A DNA stretch of 51,282 bases, taken from the NCBI GenBank assembly GCA_022570905.1, contig JACZYV010000001.1:1-51282 (forward strand), written 5' to 3'. Position numbers and translations under genes: made by a program. The notes beneath the pieces were generated by a model. It had not been told where the DNA came from and ran no database searches. It worked only from the letters and a program-made list of their open reading frames with translations. This DNA is from Chloroflexota bacterium. Its GTDB lineage: Bacteria > Chloroflexota > Dehalococcoidia > Lucifugimonadales > UBA3495. Positions 45,101 through 51,282 of this stretch are shown in pieces (positions within the stretch are counted from its first letter, which is position 1; the number at the start of each line of letters is the position of its first letter).

Positions 45101-46658
45101 CCGACGACGCGAGTTTCCCGGCCAGGGTGTTCATCTTCTCCAAGGTATCGGGGTCATAGACCGGGAACTGCCAGACGTTGTAGGAATACAGGTTGGGCAC
45201 GAATTCGTCCCAGTGGTTGTCGCTTACGATGGCCGTGCCCTGAGGCACGTTGGCGTTGATCCACTCCGATGCCGTAACCGCCGGATGGTCCTCTTCGTAG
45301 ACCCGCTGGAAAGCCAGAGCGTAGAAGCCGGTGGCGGCCACCACCAAGACCACCACGGCTATCGCGATGCCAGGCAGGAAACGGGCCGGGCCGGCCTCAC
45401 GCCATACCAAGTGAACCGGCGGCGGCCGGTAGGCGGACACCATCCAGAGCAGCATCCTGGAGCCCATGATGATCATCACCGGCATGAGCGGAAAAACGTA
45501 CCGCAGGAAATGGACCTCGAAACTCTCCAAGAAGATGAATCCCGGCACAACCCAGGCAAGCAAGAACAGGTCCGCCCGCCGGGTCCCCTTGCTGACCGCC
45601 GCCACCACCGCGGTGAAGGGGATGGATACCCAGGCAACCACGCCCAATGGAATGCCCAGGCCCCACACCGACGACTGCTGTATCTGATAGATAAACGCAG
45701 GCGTGTCGATGTACTGGATGGTGAAGGGCCACAGTCCGGCGTTCCGGGCCATGCGGGTCTGCGCGGCCAGGTCACCCACGAAAGCGCCTACGTCCAATAG
45801 GGCGTAGGGCGCCGAGATGAAGAACACCCCCGCCGCAACCGCCCCGGCAAGGGCGGCGTGGCTGAAGATGCGCTGCACCAGTTCCGGGGTAATCTGGGAC
45901 CATTCGCCGTCCACCTCGTCCAAGACGCGGTACCAATACACCAGGAACATGGGAGCCAAGATGGGCAGGATGCTCACCTTGGGCGCGAGGGCCAGACCTA
46001 GAATCAGGCCCAATATCGCCGAGTCCCGCAACTGTTTGCGTTCCACCATCCGCCACATGGCCCAGAAACTGGCCATGATGAAGAGAACGGAGAAGGTCTC
46101 GGGACGGTAGAAGTGGCTGTTCTGGATGTTGAACACCGAAAGCGCGGTGAAGCCAGCCGCCAACAGGCCCACCCCGTTGCCATATAGCTTCCGGCCCAAC
46201 ACGAAGACCATGGCCACGGTACCGACGTCCGCCAGGGCGGAAAGCGGGCGGCCGAAATAGCGCATGTCCAGAGAGTTCAGGTCGGTGAACAATTCCGCTA
46301 TGGAGCGGAAGAAGACCATCACGTAGATGAGGATGCTGCCCAGCGGGAACCAATGGGGATTCAGGGGACTGCGGTCTGCGTCCAGCAGCGTACCGATCCC
46401 AGGCAGTCCCGGCTGGGCGTCCGGTTCACCCCTCAGGTAGCCGCAGTCCTGGGCGTTGGGCGCGTCGGTTAGCAGGTCGTACATGCATCCGGCGCGCATG
46501 TAGATGTCCCGCTCATCGGGGTGGAACGCGTAGCCCTGGTCCCAGTTGATGCCGTTCAGCCGCAGGCCAAGGGCCACGACGAGGATAACCAGCAACAAGT
46601 AGAACGACCAGGAAACGCGTCCGCCAAAACTCAGAATATGATTGGACCTAAATGCCAA
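42186..46658 (-). CDS. Giant polytopic membrane protein: GT-C (PMT/ArnT-like) glycosyltransferase fold + DUF2298 'YYY' domain
   Basis: 1490 aa. HPDERD near the N-terminus (residues 46-51, first-loop acidic motif of GT-C enzymes), more than 25 hydrophobic helices, and GGYLNYYYWGY (Y838-Y840, nt 44139-44147). TTG start is preceded by TAAGGA. Confidence 0.85.
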   Translation of the reverse strand: MAFRSNHILSFGGRVSWSFYLLLVILVVALGLRLNGINWDQGYAFHPDERDIYMRAGCMYDLLTDAPNAQDCGYLRGEPDAQPGLPGIGTLLDADRSPLNPHWFPLGSILIYVMVFFRSIAELFTDLNSLDMRYFGRPLSALADVGTVAMVFVLGRKLYGNGVGLLAAGFTALSVFNIQNSHFYRPETFSVLFIMASFWAMWRMVERKQLRDSAILGLILGLALAPKVSILPILAPMFLVYWYRVLDEVDGEWSQITPELVQRIFSHAALAGAVAAGVFFISAPYALLDVGAFVGDLAAQTRMARNAGLWPFTIQYIDTPAFIYQIQQSSVWGLGIPLGVVAWVSIPFTAVVAAVSKGTRRADLFLLAWVVPGFIFLESFEVHFLRYVFPLMPVMIIMGSRMLLWMVSAYRPPPVHLVWREAGPARFLPGIAIAVVVLVVAATGFYALAFQRVYEEDHPAVTASEWINANVPQGTAIVSDNHWDEFVPNLYSYNVWQFPVYDPDTLEKMNTLAGKLASSEYVVFYSSRPYASAARAPDRFPFSNRYYQSLFDGSLGYRLERSFTNYPKLFGVSFRDDAIGRAGLEQPEPLNPEESSAITLNLGYADDNVVGYDHPRVLLFKNSAHLSEAVIRVQLKIIPQAADDRPVGGLMLSADDLISQQEGGTFSDIVDRDSWTNKLPVLAWLLVVEIIYLAALPLTMFIFRPLPDRGIILARIFGLLAVSYVAWISVSLGWMEFSRTAVYLGLAVVAGLSLAALALKWEEITGFLKEHWRLLLFGEALFLAAFLAFVLLRHANPDLWHPFRGGEKPMELAYLTAVVRSTTLPPYDPWFAGGYLNYYYWGYFVVSSIIRVTSILPTTAFNLAVPLFFALTVTGAYTLVYNLTEGVRQRRASGHLVSLPGLGVLPLLSSGEDRAPWRQWAWSPVGAGLTAGLFTAVVGNLDGMVQMVQNSWNRVVDGVPFAAFDFWRSSRMLPNLDNFDPNPLAFWVPAKLAEYSDVSFHITEFPFFTFLFADLHAHMMVIPFTLLVIGLGLNLVVGLKDGGWLWTIVSAMALALGLGALWVVNSWDFPTYLILTVGLLSLAVYFTDGTRTEKLALLTVLVVGVGALSILAFLPFHLNYETFNSGLDVSKWRTPVDRFLGIHGLFLFVIASFLLYQARGTFKELVWGLRDNGPESTVPGITWLRVCVAGGILAAAFFGAAGFWNVALLLVFLTLAGMVAWRIFASQDEDRPFEIVPLVLLGLALLIGIGVDLVRVEGDIGRMNTFFKYYLEIWVLLSIVSAYMLWHLGSSGFLRPSIGWRSGAWLVVLVVLIGSSLIYTALGSRARISDRFTDGPSTLDGAAYMSEALHQEQEQPLELKWDQEAIRWIQDNVEGSPVILEAHLVQYRWGARFANYTGLPTVIGWPWHQIQQRAAYSYAIQDRAEDVKEMYETTDEERALELLRKYRVKYVVVGDLERIVYGGEGLGKFENLARKVFENQGTAIYEGRWN

Positions 46659-46760
46659 AGTCAGTCCTTAACGCCGTGGACAAATCTTGGAGGTATCCAA
46701 CACATCGCCGACATATTGATAGTAAACATTATATTTCGGCCGCCGGCTCCTCCGTTTATG

Positions 46761-46798
46761 AAAAAATCCCCCGTCCCCAAGAAAATGGGGGCCGGGGG
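46761..46798 (-). terminator. Intrinsic terminator downstream of gap
   Basis: On the minus strand: TCCCCCGGCCCC-attttctt-GGGGACGGGGGA followed by TTTTTT. The stem is about 10 bp GC with one mismatch. Confidence 0.8.
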
Positions 46799-46862
46799 AC
46801 TTTCCCATGGTTTGCCGGAACTCTTAAAAGCCCCGTTCGAACTTACGGATGGACCCGTATTC

Positions 46863-47897
<1,035 letters not shown>

Positions 47898-48091
47898 TTA
47901 TTTTTTCCCGGTGCGGTGCGCTTTTTGCCCCACGCGCTACCGGCGGTCACCGCAACGTTATGTCAGATAGTCCGAATTTGCCGGGTACATGATACCTGCT
48001 GCACCGGCGGTTGGAAAGAGAATCCGGCGCTTTTTGATGCACATACATCGGAATGCGAGGGGGTGACTATGGCCCCGGCTCGAATTCGAGC

Positions 48092-49411
48092 CTAGGAACG
48101 GCCGAGATAATCGAAGGCCGATTCTCCGGCGTAACGGGCCTTATCTCCAAGCTCGGATTCGATGCGAAGGAGCCGGTTGTACTTGGCCACCCGCTCCGAG
48201 CGGGCCGGCGCGCCGGTCTTGATCTGGCGCACGTCCCAGGCCACCGCCAGGTCGGCTATCGTGGTGTCTTCGGTCTCCCCCGAGCGGTGGCTCATGACCG
48301 CGCCCCAACCGGCTTCCCGGGCCATCTTAAGGGCGGCGTGGGTCTCGGAGAGGGAGCCGATCTGGTTGGGCTTTAACAGCACCGCGTTACTGGACTTCTC
48401 GTCGATGCTCCTCTTGATGCGCGTTATGTTGGTCACCAGCAGGTCGTCCCCCAAAATCTGGGTTTTGTCCCCAAGAAGACCGTGCAAACTGGTCCAACCG
48501 GCCCAATCGTCCTCGGAGAGGCCGTCTTCGATGGACACTATGGGGTATTCACGGACCCATTCTTGGTACAGCTTCACCAGGCCGGCGGAAGTTAGGCTGG
48601 TACCCTCACGCTCCAGAACGTACAGGTCTTTCCCCTGATCGTAGAGTTCACTGGCGGCCACATCCAGGGCGATGTGCACTTCCTTGCCGGGGGTGTAACC
48701 AGCCTTCTCCACCGCTTTTAGAACCATCTCCAAAGCGTCCCGGTTGGAAGGCAGACTGGGGGCGAATCCGCCCTCATCGCCCACGTTGGTGTTGTGGCCT
48801 TCGTCGCCCAGAAGGGTCTTCAACGAATGGTATATCTCCGCTCCGGCGCGCAGGGCTTCGGAAAAGCTATTCACCCCCACCGGCATGACCATGAACTCTT
48901 GGATGTCGGCCGAGTTGGAAGCGTGTTTTCCCCCGTTCAGGATATTGAACATGGGAACGGGCAGGGTAACCGGAGCGCCCTTGGCCAGATAGTGCCAGAG
49001 CGAGCCGTTGGGGCTGCTCACACCGGCGGCGGCCTTTGCCACCGCCAAGGATACCGCCAATACCGCGTTGGCGCCCAGGTTGCTCTTGTCGCCGGTGCCG
49101 TCCAGTTCGATCAGCCCGGCGTCGATGGCGGCCTGGTCCATGGGGGAGCGGCCAATCAGCCAGGGAGCGATGGTGTTATTCACGTTGGCGACGGCCTTCA
49201 GAACGCCGTTGCCGTTGTACCGGGAGGGGTCTTTGTCCCGGAGCTCCAGGGCCTCGTAACTGCCGGTGCTGGCCCCGGACGGAACGGCCGCGTGAGCAGC
49301 CAGGCCCGTTGATAGGACGATTTCGGCCTCTACCGTGGGGTTGCCCCGGGAGTCCAGAATCTCGCGGCCCCGGACTTCCGTGATGGTCACGCCGTTGCTA
49401 GCGCTGTTCAT
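48092..49411 (-). CDS. eno: Enolase (phosphopyruvate hydratase)
   Basis: [13 protein letters not shown]-terminus, SHRSGETED and [13 protein letters not shown] signatures. Confidence 0.97.
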   Translation of the reverse strand: MNSASNGVTITEVRGREILDSRGNPTVEAEIVLSTGLAAHAAVPSGASTGSYEALELRDKDPSRYNGNGVLKAVANVNNTIAPWLIGRSPMDQAAIDAGLIELDGTGDKSNLGANAVLAVSLAVAKAAAGVSSPNGSLWHYLAKGAPVTLPVPMFNILNGGKHASNSADIQEFMVMPVGVNSFSEALRAGAEIYHSLKTLLGDEGHNTNVGDEGGFAPSLPSNRDALEMVLKAVEKAGYTPGKEVHIALDVAASELYDQGKDLYVLEREGTSLTSAGLVKLYQEWVREYPIVSIEDGLSEDDWAGWTSLHGLLGDKTQILGDDLLVTNITRIKRSIDEKSSNAVLLKPNQIGSLSETHAALKMAREAGWGAVMSHRSGETEDTTIADLAVAWDVRQIKTGAPARSERVAKYNRLLRIESELGDKARYAGESAFDYLGRS

Positions 49412-49443
49412 AACACCTTTTTTGGCAATGAATAGTGGGGGTA

Positions 49444-49938
49444 TCAGCGGTGGTGGCCGCCGGCCGCGACCGCCGCCAAGGCCTTGTCCACGGCGTCGGC
49501 GGGGTTTTCGGCTTGGATGATGGAGCCATTGACGTCGATGCCGTCGCCGTTGGTCGTCAGAGCCCAGGTCTTTAGGCCGACCACGGGGATGCCGTCGGCC
49601 AGGGCATGACCGATCTCCGAAAGGGTCCCAAAAGCCCCTCCCACGGCGATCACCGCCTCGCCGGTGTGGACCACGATCACGTTTCGGGAGTAGCCCATGC
49701 TGGTGACGATGGGGATATCCACGTAGCTATTGGCTTCGGCCGCCGCCCGGCCCGGCAGGATCCCGATGGTGGTGCCGCCCTCGGCCTTGGCGCCCCGGCA
49801 GACAGCCTCCATGATTCCGCTCAGTCCGCCGCAAACGACCATGATGTCCCGTCGGGCCAATTCACGCCCAACCTCTTCCGCCAGTTCCACGTGCTCCCGA
49901 GTTGCTGGATTGCTGCTGCCGATCACTGAGATTATCAT
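49444..49938 (-). CDS. TIGR00725/LOG-like (SLOG fold) family protein
   Basis: ISVIGSS....[17 protein letters not shown]....GILPG....[11 protein letters not shown], a pattern typical of the TIGR00725 Rossmann-like family. 32 nt upstream of eno on the same strand. Confidence 0.75.
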   Translation of the reverse strand: MIISVIGSSNPATREHVELAEEVGRELARRDIMVVCGGLSGIMEAVCRGAKAEGGTTIGILPGRAAAEANSYVDIPIVTSMGYSRNVIVVHTGEAVIAVGGAFGTLSEIGHALADGIPVVGLKTWALTTNGDGIDVNGSIIQAENPADAVDKALAAVAAGGHHR

Positions 49939-50073
49939 CTTTGGTTAGCCTTAGATACGGAGATATTACGCCTGACGGTTGGACTCCATAAGGGAGGATG
50001 ATTATATCAGACCGTTTCCATCCGCCTGCCGGTCACGATGCCTGATTCCCTGATTCAATATTGACGATGCCGG

Positions 50074-51282
50074 TCAGGACATGACGGCACGGCTGGCGGC
50101 CTCGATGGCTTCGATCAATGGCCGGGGATAGACGCCCAACCAGATTATGGCCGCCACGCCGGAGCCCAGCACCGTCAACATGGGTAGGGACGGACGCCTG
50201 GTCAACGCCGGATATTCTTCCAACAGATCGCCGCCGCCTTCCCCGGCCGGAGCCGGCTCGATGTAGACCTGGCGCAGGATATTCAGATAGTAGTACAGGG
50301 AGATCAGACTGCTGAAGATGGCCAGAGCGGCCAGCCAGAGGAATCCTTCGGTCGCCACGGCGGTGAATAGATAGAACTTCATGGTGAAGCCGGCGAATAT
50401 GGGCAGTCCGGCCAAGGAGAACAGACCCATTCCCAAACACGCAGCCAAGAAAGGCTGGTGGTCCGCCAGACCGCCCAGGTCTGTGATCAACTCTTTGCCA
50501 GTCATGTTGAAGAAGGAGATCAAGGCCGCGAAGACCACCATGTTGGTTATTGAATAACCCACCAGATAGAACATCACGCCGTTGGAGGCCAGGTCCGAGT
50601 CGGTGGACAGGGCGGTGATGCCGGCCAGGATGAACCCGGCATGCCCGATGCTGGAATAGGCCATCAGCCGTTTCAGGTTCTTCTGCGCCAGGGCCACCAG
50701 GTTTCCCACCAGCATGCTGACGGCGGCCAACGCCGCGAAGACCAACTGCCACTGCTCCCAACGTTCGGCGGCGGGGACGAAACCTTCCCCAACCAAACGC
50801 AATAACAAGGCGAATGCCGCGGCCTTGGAGCCGATGGCCAGGTACGCCGTAACAGGGTAGGGCGCGCCTTCGTAGACGTCTGGGGCCCACATGTGGAAGG
50901 GCACCGCGGAGACCTTGAACATCAGTCCAACCAGGATCAGGCCCACGCCGACCCAGAGCGCCGGGCTAACATCGGTGGCCGCCGCCAACCCGATGGCGAT
51001 GTCGTCAAACTTGGTCACACCCAGGGTGCTGTAGACCATGCTCACGCCGTAGAGGAGGATGGCCGAAGACACCGCGCCGACGATGATGTACTTCAGGGCG
51101 CTCTCATTGGACTTGGCGCTGTCCTTGGCGTAGGCCGCCAACACATAGAGGCTGAAGCTGAGCAGCTCCAAAGCGATGTAGGCCGTCAGCAATTCCCGGG
51201 ACTGGGCCATCAAGTTCATTCCCAGGATCGAGAACAGCAGCAGGCCGTAGAATTCGCCTTGATATTTGAGCCGGTGTTCCAC
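50074..51282 (-). CDS. nuoN: NADH-quinone oxidoreductase subunit N, N-terminus outside the window
   Basis: ORF is open to the window end. Polytopic, with blocks ALKYIIVGAVSSAILLYG, FHMWAPDVYEGAP and KRLMAYSSIGHAGF typical of NuoN/ND2. Confidence 0.9.
   Translation of the reverse strand: MEHRLKYQGEFYGLLLFSILGMNLMAQSRELLTAYIALELLSFSLYVLAAYAKDSAKSNESALKYIIVGAVSSAILLYGVSMVYSTLGVTKFDDIAIGLAAATDVSPALWVGVGLILVGLMFKVSAVPFHMWAPDVYEGAPYPVTAYLAIGSKAAAFALLLRLVGEGFVPAAERWEQWQLVFAALAAVSMLVGNLVALAQKNLKRLMAYSSIGHAGFILAGITALSTDSDLASNGVMFYLVGYSITNMVVFAALISFFNMTGKELITDLGGLADHQPFLAACLGMGLFSLAGLPIFAGFTMKFYLFTAVATEGFLWLAALAIFSSLISLYYYLNILRQVYIEPAPAGEGGGDLLEEYPALTRRPSLPMLTVLGSGVAAIIWLGVYPRPLIEAIEAASRAVMS

Noticed and set aside
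46830-46860. tRNA-like GTTCGAA motif
   Set aside because: There is no acceptor, D or anticodon arm context and no flanking cloverleaf complementarity. It sits between the gap stop and its terminator.
48077-48092. Perfect 16-bp palindrome GGCTCGAATTCGAGCC overlapping the eno stop codon, as a terminator
   Set aside because: It has only a 6-bp stem and 4-nt loop, and no U-tract follows on the transcribed (minus) strand. It may be incidental.

Overview
High-GC (about 60-68% in hand-counted samples) bacterial chromosomal window with about 45 densely packed genes on both strands. Housekeeping anchors are gyrA, leuS, gap, eno, pheA, a trkH/trkA potassium-uptake locus, an L-asparaginase truncated at the 5' edge and nuoN truncated at the 3' edge. 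Most other genes are accessory or catabolic: 2 MFS transporters, 2 MmgE/PrpD proteins, a luciferase-like (LLM) flavin monooxygenase, an MBL-fold hydrolase, 4 alpha/beta hydrolases, a flavin reductase, an HpcH aldolase, a Zn-ADH, a sulfite-oxidase-like Mo enzyme and the XdhC/MocA Moco accessory pair. A 1490-aa GT-C plus YYY-domain membrane protein, together with the LLM/PrpD/hydrolase richness, suggests a Chloroflexota (SAR202-like) origin; this is inference only. I found no rRNA, tRNA, CRISPR array, transposase, integrase, toxin-antitoxin pair or recognisable defence system, and I cannot claim a clearly novel system. The best candidates for follow-up are: (1) a 3-kb low-GC islet (about 14.0-17.1 kb) with a coupled CobD/HisC-like PLP enzyme, LicC-like cytidylyltransferase and SAM methyltransferase; (2) a five-gene minus-strand operon (ferritin-like, LLM, MBL lactonase-like, PrpD, and a dead-M14/GH105 fusion) with a divergent second PrpD; (3) an extended Trk locus with Usp, a degenerate RCK_N-only protein, a third RCK protein and a duplicated-start mini-uORF; (4) a REPIN-like GTAG-headed inverted hairpin doublet; (5) an orphan 463-bp convergent intergenic region with a near-consensus promoter. 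All functions are inferred from motifs read in the translations. No database search was run.
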